Shown here one piece after another: positions 18,718 to 27,693 of a stretch of 64,000 nt of DNA; position 1 is the stretch's first letter; each line of letters begins with the position of its first letter. The notes under the pieces were generated by a model. It ran no database searches. It saw nothing but the letters and a program-made list of their open reading frames with translations, and was not told the origin of the DNA. The position numbers were made by a program, and so were the translations under genes. Source of the DNA: Candidatus Eiseniibacteriota bacterium (lineage in GTDB: Bacteria; Eisenbacteria; RBG-16-71-46); assembly GCA_046327815.1 (NCBI GenBank), contig JAXLXR010000014.1:3706-67705 (forward strand), given 5' to 3'.

Positions 18718-21700
18718 TCAGCGACGCGTGCGCCCGGGGGCGCGGGCCGGAGGCTTCTCGGGCGCCGGTGCGTCCGGCCACCACGACACGTCCGCGGGCA
18801 GCGCATGCAGCACCACGGTGCCGCCTGCCGGCGCGGGCCGGCGCACGCCGTCCACCTGCAGCGTGCGCGCCCACGCGGCGGGCAGGTCGAGCACGATGCC
18901 GCCCCGGGGCACACGCATGTCGCGCGACTCGAGCGACGCGAACATGCGCGTGGCGCCGCCGGGCCCCTTCTGGCGCCGCAGCGTGAAGCTGATCCCGCCC
19001 CACCGCGTGCGCAGGTCGCGCACCACCACGCCGGCGTCGAGCCACGCCTCGGTGACGCCCGCCCCGACGACGAGCGCCGAATCGGCTTCGCGCTCGTACG
19101 CGAGCATGTCGAGGATCGAACGCACGTAGTCGGTGCCGCACCACGTGTGCGGCATGTCGCCGAGGAAGCGCGACGCGCGCTCGTCGTACGTCACGACCTC
19201 GGCCCAGTGCTGGAAGCCCTTCGGTCGCCGGTTGCCGAGGAACCAGCGCGTCGCTTCCTGCGCGCGGTCGCGCCAGCCGAGCCGCACCATGGCGCCGACG
19301 TTGCGCCACTCGTACGGCGTGTAGGCGTCCCACGGCTCGACCCCGTCGCGGCGCTTCACGAAGAAGTCCCAGTAGCGCTCGTAGGTGCGCACGAGCGCGC
19401 CGGCGGGCAGCAGCGCCTCGGCGTCTCCCGGCGTCAGCCCGATGGACGTGCTGGTCGGGTCGAAGTCGCCCAGATCGGCGCAGCCCGGCACGTAATCCAC
19501 GTGCAGCTCGCGCATCGTGGCCGGGATCGAGGCGGCCAGGTCGCCCGCGAACTCGTCGCGCGAACGCTCGATCGCCGCACGCTCGGGCTTGCGCAGTTCG
19601 GCGGCGAGGAACGCGGCGTCCTTGTAGCCGCGCAGCGCCGAAGTCGTCCCAGTACGAGTGCATGGGTTTCGCCGAATAGCCCTCGTGGCTGATGGACGGG
19701 GGCAGCAGGCCGTGGAAGCGCCCACCGCCGGCCGTACGCCAGTCGTCGGTCCGGCGCTGCGCACGCAGCGTGTCGAGGTAGCCCGCCGCCGCCGCGACGC
19801 GCGGCCACAACGAGTCGGCGAACGCGCGGTCGCCCGTGTAGCGGTAGTACTCGGTGACCAGGTAGATCAGTTCCCCGCTGCTGTCGTGCTCGGGCACCGG
19901 GTCGGCGCCGCGCGCGTCCACGCAGCAAGGCGCCTTGCCGTTCGCGTACTGGTACGGCGCGAACCAGCGGATGAAGTCGCGCACGGCCTGGGTTTCACCG
20001 AGCCGCAACAGCGCGCTCGAGGTGAGCGAGCCGTCGCGGATCCACGAGCGCGCGTACGCGCGCGTGCCGGGCTGGATCGCGGGGCCGTTGCGGTTGACCA
20101 GCACGTAGGCGAGCTGCGCCTTGAGCGCGTTCACGACGTCGGAATCCGGCAGCTGCACCGTGACGCGATCCTGCCGCGCGCGCCAGGCGTTCTCGGCCGA
20201 CCGCTGCATGGCGTCGGCGTAGTTCGCGATCTTCGTCGAGTCCGGCGGCAGTCCGGGCGCCGCGGGCGGTTCGTGCAGCGGCAGCACGAGCACGGCCTCC
20301 GCCGATCCCCCGGCGGCGAGATCGAACGCGTAGCCGATCGCGCCCGAGACGAGCCCGTCGCGATCCGTCATGCGCACGGGCCGCGGCAGCGCGCCCTCGC
20401 GCAGGAAGTCCACCACGTCGCCCTGCGCGAACGCGACGGTGCCGCCGCCGAAGGGCGCGGTGAGGCTCGCGAACCCGCGGTCGCCGTTCACGCGCACGAT
20501 GCGGTCGTCCATCGCGATCTCGCGCACCGGCGTGAACCCGCCCGGCGTGTTGAGGAACTGCACGGGAGGATTGACCTGGAACGGGCGCACCGCGAGGAAC
20601 AGCGTGTCGCGCCGCGGTTCGGCGGCGGTGTTCGTGAGCCGGTAGCGTGCGAGCAGTGCCGCACGCCCCGGGTTGCCGATCGGCACGACCGTGATGCGCA
20701 GCCGCAGGTCTTCGTACGCCCATTCGACCGACGGAATCGGCAGCCGCCCTTCGGCCAACGACTGGCTCGTGCGCACGTCCGCCCAGGTGACCAGCCGCCC
20801 GCGATCGCGCAGGAACGGCTCGATCGCGTACTCGCCGCGCCACGGTTCGATGCGGCCGTACTCGTCGACCAGCGCCTCGCGCGGATCCGCGTCCGGCCCG
20901 ACGACGGTCCAGAACGTGTTTTCGCCGAGCGTCCCGCGCGGGTACGCGCCGCGCGGTGCACGCCGCGCGATCTCCGCGAAGAACGCGTTGCGGCTCGCCG
21001 ACGCCTCGAGCGGCAGCACCACGACCTCGGCGAGCGCCGCGCCGGCCGCCGCTGCGGCACGCTCGATCCGCACGCGCACGAAGCGCGCCTCGCATTCCGG
21101 CGCCCACACCCAGCTCGCTCCGCCGTGGGCGCCACGCACGTCGTGCAGCACGCGCCACGATTTCGCGTCGTCCGAGACCTCCACCGCGAAGTCGGCGGCG
21201 TGCCGTCCCGGTGCCCACTCGAGCCGCAGCCCGCCGAACTCGCGGGGCACGCCGAAGTCGAGCCGCCACCACGCGCTGCCGCCCGCGGGGCACGTCCACG
21301 CCGTGGTCGTGTCGCGGTCGAACGCACGCGCCGCCGCACCGGCGCCGCTCGAGGCGCCCGCGACCGGCGCCGGCGCCACCGCCGGTGCCGCGGGCAGGCG
21401 CTCGAAGCGCAGGTCGTCCAGCCACACCGAGCCGCGCCCGCCCTGTCCGGCGGTCACCGCGAACTCGAGCGCGGCCACGTGGCCGGGCTCGCCGCCGCCC
21501 AGCGGGCCCCACGCGAAGCTCACGTGGCGCTTCTTGATCGTGACCGTGCTCCAGTCCTTCGAGAACTCGACGTCGCGCCGGTTCACCCACCAGACGTTCT
21601 CGCCGCTCGCGTCCACGAGCTTGAACTCGAGGTTGTTCGGCCGGCAGGCGCCGCGCATCCGGAACGTGAAGCGCCAGTCGCCGGACAGGTCGAGCGACAC

Positions 21701-21940
21701 CGCCCGCCGGGCGACGGCGTACCCGCCGCCGCCGTGGAAGTCGAAGTCGAGCCGCATGGCCCGGCCGTCGGCGCCGGTGTCGCTCGCCAGCACGAGCGAC
21801 ACGCCGTCGGCGGGATTCGCGGTCCACGGAGCGAGGGTTTCGAAGCCGTCCACGACGACGGCGCGCGGCGCGGCGGCGAGCGCGGCCGGCGCCAAGGCGA
21901 GCACGAGCGACGCGGCGAACGGGAGCAACGACGGACGCAT
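18718..21940 (-). pseudogene. large secreted protein: N-terminal discoidin/F5-8-type-C-like modules plus (alpha/alpha)6-like glycosidase region; frame broken near 19630-19645
   Basis: Start is ATG 21940 (MRPSLLPFAASLVLALAPAALAAAPRA), inside ORF 18593..22357. It reads to ...SAKPMHSYWDDF, then continues in ORF 18718..19764 from ALRGYKDAAFLAAEL... to the stop at 18718. Motifs: SWIRDGSLTSSALLRLG, YWDDF, PHTWCGTDYVRS. Confidence 0.6.
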
Positions 21941-21945
21941 GCGGA

Positions 21946-22767
21946 TCAACCCTTCACGGAACCCATGAGCACGCCCTGGATGTACGAGCGCTGCATCACG
22001 AGGAACACGACGAGCACGGGCAGCACGGTCAGCACCGAGCCCGCCATCATGAGCTCGGTGTCCTGCACGTGCTCGCCCACGAGGTTCGCGAGCGCGACGG
22101 GCAGCGTGTACTTCGCGTCGTCGCTCAGCATGATGAGCGGCCACATGAAGTCGTTCCACGCCGACAGGAAGCTGAACGTGGCCATGGTGACGAGGATCGG
22201 CTTGAGCACCGGCATCACGATCGTCCAGTAGATGCGCCACTCGCTCGCGCCGTCGATCCGCGCCGCGTCCAGCAGGTCGTCGGGAATGCTCTGCGCGAAC
22301 TGGCGGATCATGAAGATGCCGAACACGCCGGCCAGCCCGGGCACCATCACGCCCCACGGCGTATTCACGAGCCCGAGCCCCTTGACCATGAGGAACAGCG
22401 GCATCATGCCGACCTGCGCCGGGATCACCATGGCCGCCACCAGCACACGGAACACGGCCTCACGCCCGCGGAAGCGCAGCTTCGCGAACGCGTAGCCCGC
22501 CATCGAGTTCACCACGAGCGAGCACAGCGTCACGCTCACGGTCACGAACAGCGAGTTCGCGAACGTGCGCGCGAGGTTCAACCGCGTGAACAGGTCCACG
22601 TAGTGTTCGAACGTCGGGTGCGACGGCAGCAGCGGCGGCGGGAACGAACTCGCCTGCCCCGTGGGCATGAACGACGCGGACACCATCCAGAGCAGCGGCG
22701 TGAGGGTGACGAGCGCGCCCAGCACGAGCAGCGCGTGCACGAGGGCGGACGGCAGCAGCTTCTTCAC
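21946..22767 (-). CDS. carbohydrate ABC transporter permease (MalG-like)
   Basis: C-terminal 273 codons of ORF 21946..23622. GTG start at 22767 overlaps the upstream stop (GTGA). EAA loop IDGASEWRIYWTIVMPVLKP. Confidence 0.85.
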   Translation of the reverse strand: MKKLLPSALVHALLVLGALVTLTPLLWMVSASFMPTGQASSFPPPLLPSHPTFEHYVDLFTRLNLARTFANSLFVTVSVTLCSLVVNSMAGYAFAKLRFRGREAVFRVLVAAMVIPAQVGMMPLFLMVKGLGLVNTPWGVMVPGLAGVFGIFMIRQFAQSIPDDLLDAARIDGASEWRIYWTIVMPVLKPILVTMATFSFLSAWNDFMWPLIMLSDDAKYTLPVALANLVGEHVQDTELMMAGSVLTVLPVLVVFLVMQRSYIQGVLMGSVKG

Positions 22768-23663
22768 GCGCCCCTCCTGTCGCCCTGCAGCCGCATCTGG
22801 ATCAGCGTCGCCACGAGCATGATCACGAACAGCACGAACGCGATCGCGGTCGCGTAGCCCATGCGCCACCAGCGGAAGCCCTGCTCGTACATGAGCATCA
22901 CCACGCTCACGGTGGAGCGCAGCGGCCCGCCCTGCGTCATCACGTACGGCTCGGCGAAGATCTGGAACTGCCCGATCATGGTCATGACGCCGACGAACAG
23001 GAACGTCGGCGCGAGGCCCGGCAGCGTCACGTGCCGGAACCGCTCGCGCGCCGTGGCGCCGTCGAGCTCGGCGGCTTCGTAGAGCTCCTCGGGGATCGCC
23101 TGCAGGCCGGCGATGAAGATGAGCATGTTGTAGCCGAAGTTCTTCCACACCGCGAGCAGCACGATCGCGGGCATCGACCAGTGCGGATCGCCGAGCCAGT
23201 CCACCGGTCCCACGTGCAGCAGGCCGAGCGCCTGGTTCACGAGCCCGTACTTCGGGTGCAGCAGGTAGCGGAACACGATCGCGACCGCGACCATGGTGGT
23301 GACCACCGGCAGGAAGTAGATGGTGCGGAACAGTCCCTTGAACCGCGTCACCTTCGCGTTCACGAGCAGCGCGGCCGCGAGCGACGCGAGCACCGACAGC
23401 GGACCGCCCACCACGACGAAGTAGAACGTGTTCCGGAGCGCGCGCCAGAACTCGGGATCGCCGAGCACCTGGCGGTAGTTCTCGAGCCCCATGAACCGGA
23501 TCGTGTCCGGCGAGCCGATCGCGTAGATGTCGAAGTCGGTGAAGCTCATCACGAACCCGGCGAGCACCGGGACGAAGAAGAACACGCCGATGAGCGTGAG
23601 CGCCGGCGCGAGGAATCCCCACGCGGCGCGCTGCTGGCGGCCCTCACCCGTGACGCGGCTCAT
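22764..23663 (-). CDS. carbohydrate ABC transporter permease (MalF-like)
   Basis: C-terminal 299 codons of ORF 22764..24908. ATG 23663 overlaps the SBP stop (ATGA). EAA loop LDGATARERFRHVTLPGLAP. Confidence 0.85.
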   Translation of the reverse strand: MSRVTGEGRQQRAAWGFLAPALTLIGVFFFVPVLAGFVMSFTDFDIYAIGSPDTIRFMGLENYRQVLGDPEFWRALRNTFYFVVVGGPLSVLASLAAALLVNAKVTRFKGLFRTIYFLPVVTTMVAVAIVFRYLLHPKYGLVNQALGLLHVGPVDWLGDPHWSMPAIVLLAVWKNFGYNMLIFIAGLQAIPEELYEAAELDGATARERFRHVTLPGLAPTFLFVGVMTMIGQFQIFAEPYVMTQGGPLRSTVSVVMLMYEQGFRWWRMGYATAIAFVLFVIMLVATLIQMRLQGDRRGA

Positions 23664-24955
23664 CGCACCACCCCCGCCCGTTTCGCGTGCAGCCAGCGGC
23701 GCTTCTCGAGCATGCGGTCCACCTGTACGGAGAGGTTCGACAGCACGGAGTCCGGCGACGCCGCACGGCGCACCGCGCGCTCGACCTGTTCCTGCACCTT
23801 GATCGCGATCTGTTCCCACTCCGGCACCTTCGGCGTGGCCACCACGCGCTCGAGCTGCTCGCCGAACGCCTGCATGTTCGGGTCCGCGAGCAGCGCGGGA
23901 TCGCGCCACGCTTCGACGCGCCCGGGAAGGTCGCCCGAGAGCTTCCAGAACTCGAGCTGCACGTCCGGCCGCGACAGGTACTCGATCAGCGCCCAGGCTT
24001 CCGCCTTGTGGCGCGACGCGCGCCAGAGCACGAGGCTCGAACCGCCCGCGAGCGACACGCCCGAGGCGGGTCCGGCCGGTCCGGGCAGCGGCGCCGTGCC
24101 CCACGCGTCCTGCAGTTCGGCCGGCAGCCGGTTGCGGAACTCGCCGAGCTGCCAGGGGCCGCTGATGTACATGCTGAAGTAGCCGCGCGCGAACTCCTGG
24201 TACAGGTTCGCGACTTCGTTGCCCGAGATGCTGGGCGCGAGGTCCTCCTCGTACAGGCTCATGTACCAGTCGAAGCCGCGACGGAACGCCGAGTCGCGGA
24301 ACGCGGCGCGCGTGCCGTCGTCGGCGAGAAGCGGCGAACCGGCCTGCAGGCCGAAGATCACGGGCGGGTTCCACTCGTTCGTCGGCAGGAAGATCGCGAA
24401 CCGGTCCTTGCCGACCCGGCGCTTCACCGCGTGCAGCGCGCGCTTGAAGCCCTCCCAGTCGCCGGGCATCGCGTCGTAGCCGGCCTGCTTCAGCAGGTCC
24501 TTGCGGTAGAACAGCAGCCGCGTGTCTACGTACCACGGCACGCCGTAGACCGTGCCGTCGATCACGTTCGTGTCCCAGATGCCGGGAAAGAACCCGGACG
24601 GCTCGAGTGGCGAGCCGGGCGCGACGCGCGCGTTCAGGGGCTCGATCGCGTTCAGCGCGGCGAACTCCGGGATCCACGTGTTGCCGAGCTGGCTCACGTC
24701 GGGCGTGGACCGGCCCACGTACGACGTGATCAGCTTCTCGTGCGCCGCGGACCACGGCACCTGCTGCACGATCACGTGCACGCCGGGATGTTCGCGCTCG
24801 AACGCCGGCAGCAGCTGCTGCACGACCTCGCCCTCGCGCCCCATCGCCCAGAGGCGGAGCGTGGTGCGCGAGTCCTTGGGCGCGCAGCCCGCGACGCAGG
24901 CGAGCCACGCCAGGGTCACGGCCGCGAGGGCGGCGTGCGAGCGGGTTCGCGTCAC
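23660..24955 (-). CDS. ABC transporter extracellular sugar-binding lipoprotein (CUT1 family)
   Basis: C-terminal 431 codons of ORF 23660..26644. GTG 24955 overlaps the upstream stop (GTGA). Lipobox LACVAGC. Typical family-1 SBP sequence (LRLWAMGREGEV...VPWYVDTRLLFYRKDLL). Confidence 0.8.
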   Translation of the reverse strand: MTRTRSHAALAAVTLAWLACVAGCAPKDSRTTLRLWAMGREGEVVQQLLPAFEREHPGVHVIVQQVPWSAAHEKLITSYVGRSTPDVSQLGNTWIPEFAALNAIEPLNARVAPGSPLEPSGFFPGIWDTNVIDGTVYGVPWYVDTRLLFYRKDLLKQAGYDAMPGDWEGFKRALHAVKRRVGKDRFAIFLPTNEWNPPVIFGLQAGSPLLADDGTRAAFRDSAFRRGFDWYMSLYEEDLAPSISGNEVANLYQEFARGYFSMYISGPWQLGEFRNRLPAELQDAWGTAPLPGPAGPASGVSLAGGSSLVLWRASRHKAEAWALIEYLSRPDVQLEFWKLSGDLPGRVEAWRDPALLADPNMQAFGEQLERVVATPKVPEWEQIAIKVQEQVERAVRRAASPDSVLSNLSVQVDRMLEKRRWLHAKRAGVVR

Positions 24956-26442
24956 CGCGGCGGGTCCGGCGTCCCGAGCCAGCCGCCGGTGAAACCGGCG
25001 CGCTCGAGTCCGCGCAGCAGGTACGGATTCTTCTTCATGCGCTCCCAGAGCAGCCCGCTGCGCCAGTTCTCGATCGCGAGCACGATCAGCCCCTGGTCGA
25101 TGCCGAGGTAGTCGCGGTCGTACCAGCCGTGCACGGGATCGATGCCGTCGGCTTCGCGGCCCGCCACGCGGAACGTGGGGTTGTACGCGTCGAGGAAGCC
25201 GTAGCGTGCGTACAACCGCTCGCCGTGGCGGTTCGCCATGTGCATGAGCGTCGGAACGACGATCTCGGGCGCGAACATGATGGACCCGCCCGCGGCGTTC
25301 GGCGTCAGGGTGCCGTCGTCGAGCACCTCGGTGTGCGAGGCGCCGCGCGCCCAGTAGCCCTCGAACTTGATGCTGCGGCCGTCCACGACGAACGTGCCGT
25401 ACGGGCCGCCGTCGCAGGCCGACAGTCCCCACTCGAGCGGACCGTACGCGTCCCACCTGCCGGGATTGTCGATCGCGTACTGGCGCTGCGCGTAGGTGGC
25501 GCGGCGCGAGTTCTCGTAGTAGTCGCAGCCCTTCTCGCGCATGTACGCGTCCCGGATGCCGCGGTAGTCCACGAACAGGTGCGACGACTGGTGCCCGAAC
25601 AGCGGCGCGAACCCGAGGTGGTCCTGGCCGTGGAAGCGGCCCCAGCGGTAGCCCTGCGTGTAACGCCGCCACGTGTCCGGGTGCGCCGGGTGCGTCGGCG
25701 AGCCCATCGCCAGCAGCAGCATGACCGTGGTCTCGTTGTAGTGCGCGGTGTCGTACGGCAGGTGGCCTTCTTCCGGCGTCCAGCCGAGCGACATGAGCGG
25801 CGCGCGCGGCTGCATCCACGCCCAGTCGATACGGCGGTAGATGGAGTCCGCGTAGGCACGGATCCCCGCTTCCTCGGGCGTGCCGCGGTCGAAGTACTCC
25901 GCACAGAACAACGCACCGGCCACGAGCAGCCCGGTGTCGATGAACGACAGCTCCAGCTTCTCGAAGCGCGTACCGTCGGACGGGTTCAGGAAGTGGTAGT
26001 AGAAGCCGCGGTAGCCGATGCTGTGCGTGGACGCCGAGTCCTGGGGCGCGAGCCACAGGAAGCGCAGCGTTTCGAACGTGCGCTTCGCCGCCGCCTCGCG
26101 CGTCACCCAGCCGTGCTCCACGCCCACCGGGTAGGACGCGAGCCCGAAGCCCATCGCGGCGACGCTCGCGAACGACTTCGTCGGCCAGCGGTCGGGCGTG
26201 AGCCCCGTGACCGGGTCGGCCGTGTCCCAGAACCACTGGAACGTCCGGTGCTGGAGCGTGTCCACGAACGCGCGCGACTCCGGCGGGAAATCCTCGAACC
26301 GGGGCGCGAGCACGCCGGCTGCGCCCTTCGGAAGACGCGGCGCGGGCGAGCGCTGGCTGGCGCACGCCACACCGCCGGCGAGCGCGGCGGCGAGTACGAC
26401 GGTGAGCAGGAGGCGCGGCGCGAAACGCGGAGTCGGCGTCAT
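24952..26442 (-). CDS. GH144-like endo-beta-1,2-glucanase paralog (signal peptide/lipoprotein, no T9SS CTD)
   Basis: ORF 24952..26544, with the likely start at ATG 26442 (MTPTPRFAPRLLLTVVLAAALAGGVACAS). Core FQWFWDTADPVTGLTPDRW...IGYRGFYYHFLN...PLFGHQSSHLFVDYR...YYENSRRAT...GIDQGLIVLAIENW is colinear with the 4964..6580 protein. Confidence 0.65.
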   Translation of the reverse strand: MTPTPRFAPRLLLTVVLAAALAGGVACASQRSPAPRLPKGAAGVLAPRFEDFPPESRAFVDTLQHRTFQWFWDTADPVTGLTPDRWPTKSFASVAAMGFGLASYPVGVEHGWVTREAAAKRTFETLRFLWLAPQDSASTHSIGYRGFYYHFLNPSDGTRFEKLELSFIDTGLLVAGALFCAEYFDRGTPEEAGIRAYADSIYRRIDWAWMQPRAPLMSLGWTPEEGHLPYDTAHYNETTVMLLLAMGSPTHPAHPDTWRRYTQGYRWGRFHGQDHLGFAPLFGHQSSHLFVDYRGIRDAYMREKGCDYYENSRRATYAQRQYAIDNPGRWDAYGPLEWGLSACDGGPYGTFVVDGRSIKFEGYWARGASHTEVLDDGTLTPNAAGGSIMFAPEIVVPTLMHMANRHGERLYARYGFLDAYNPTFRVAGREADGIDPVHGWYDRDYLGIDQGLIVLAIENWRSGLLWERMKKNPYLLRGLERAGFTGGWLGTPDPPR

Positions 26443-26465
26443 GTCGGGGCTCCGAAGGTGGGGCT

Positions 26466-27527
26466 TCAGTCCAGCGCGGCCGTGGTTTTCCGGTCCTTGC
26501 GCCAGCGCAGCGGGTCCGTACCCGCGCGCGGCTTCGCACCGCACGACTGCCGTACCGCGAGCGACGTGGGCAGCACTTCGTGCTGCTTGACGCTCGGGTT
26601 CGACGAGCGCCGTGCGCGCATGAGCAGTTCGACCGCCCGCTCACCGAGCAGCGTGGTGTTCACGCGCACCGTCGTGAGCGGCGGCGACGTGTAGCGCGCC
26701 ATCGCGATGTCGTCGAAGCCCGCCACCGCGACGTGACCGGGCACCGAAAGCCCGGCGTCGCGCAGGCCGCTCAGCACGCCGACCGCCATGTGGTCGTTCG
26801 CGACGAACACGGCGTCGGGGCGATCGCCGCGCTGCGCGAGTTCGAGCGCGGCCTCGTAGCCCGAGGGCTCGGTGAAGTCGCCCTGGAACTCCAGCGTGAG
26901 ATCCGGCGCCAGACCCGCTTCGCGCAGCGCGGCGCGGTAGCCCTGCACACGCTGCTCCGCATCGATGTTGTGTTCCGGCCCGCGCACGATCGCGATGCGG
27001 CGGTGCCCCAGCGACAGCAGGTGGCGCACCATTTCGGCGGCACCGTCGGCGTTCGCGATCGCGAGCGTGTCGCACTCGTCCACCTCGCGGCCGGGGTTCA
27101 GCAGCACGACCGGGCAGTGCGACGAGAAACCCTTCACCGCGAGCGGTGCGTCCACGTCGGGCGCCATCACCACGAGGCCGTCCACCCGCCCGCTCATCGA
27201 GCGCAGCGCATCGGCCAGTGCTTCGGAGTCGGCGTGCGAGCTCGAGACCAGCAGGTGGAACCCGTGCTGGCGCGCCGCATTGTCGAGCCCGCGGATCACG
27301 TCCGAGAAGAACTCGCCGTACATGTCGGGCAGCAGCACGCCCAGTGCATGCGTGCGGCTGGTGATCAGGCTGCGCGCGACGCCGTTCGGCCAGTAGTTCA
27401 GGCGAGCCGCCACCTCGCGCACGTTGCGCACCGTGGCCTCGCTCACGAGCGAGCTGTCGTTGAAGACACGCGACACGGTCGCGATCGACACTCCGGCTTC
27501 GCGTGCGACATCGCGAATCGTGGCCAC
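26466..27527 (-). CDS. LacI-family transcriptional regulator (copy 2)
   Basis: ORF 353 aa with a GTG start. The first 23 residues are identical to copy 1 (MATIRDVAREAGVSIATVSRVFN). It is first in line with the GH144-2 / ABC / large-protein genes. Confidence 0.9.
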   Translation of the reverse strand: MATIRDVAREAGVSIATVSRVFNDSSLVSEATVRNVREVAARLNYWPNGVARSLITSRTHALGVLLPDMYGEFFSDVIRGLDNAARQHGFHLLVSSSHADSEALADALRSMSGRVDGLVVMAPDVDAPLAVKGFSSHCPVVLLNPGREVDECDTLAIANADGAAEMVRHLLSLGHRRIAIVRGPEHNIDAEQRVQGYRAALREAGLAPDLTLEFQGDFTEPSGYEAALELAQRGDRPDAVFVANDHMAVGVLSGLRDAGLSVPGHVAVAGFDDIAMARYTSPPLTTVRVNTTLLGERAVELLMRARRSSNPSVKQHEVLPTSLAVRQSCGAKPRAGTDPLRWRKDRKTTAALD

Positions 27528-27575
27528 GACGGCTGCCCTTTCCGTGGGTGGGAACCGGCCTCTGCGAAGAACGAG

Positions 27576-27590
27576 ATGTAACCGTTTACA
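27576..27590. promoter_or_regulatory. LacI-family operator candidate (ATGTAACCGTTTACA)
   Basis: Lies 49 nt upstream of the lacI-2 GTG. It differs at 2 of 15 positions from the reverse complement of the 945/17075 site (ATGTAATCGTTTTCA). Confidence 0.5.
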
Positions 27591-27693
27591 GCGCGGGCCC
27601 CACGGGTGTCAAGAACTGGTGCGGCGACGAACGCCCGCCGGGTAGCGACCGGCGTCGCTCGCCGCCGAGTCCGCGCGTGCTACGTTCCGCCGC

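Noticed and set aside
18593-22357. 1254-aa ORF that appears to fuse the permease region, the large secreted protein and downstream sequence.
   Set aside because: The N-terminal 139 codons are out-of-frame permease sequence. The real start is ATG 21940, with a signal peptide. After about 19640 the frame becomes Arg-rich nonsense while the true continuation is in ORF 18718..19764.
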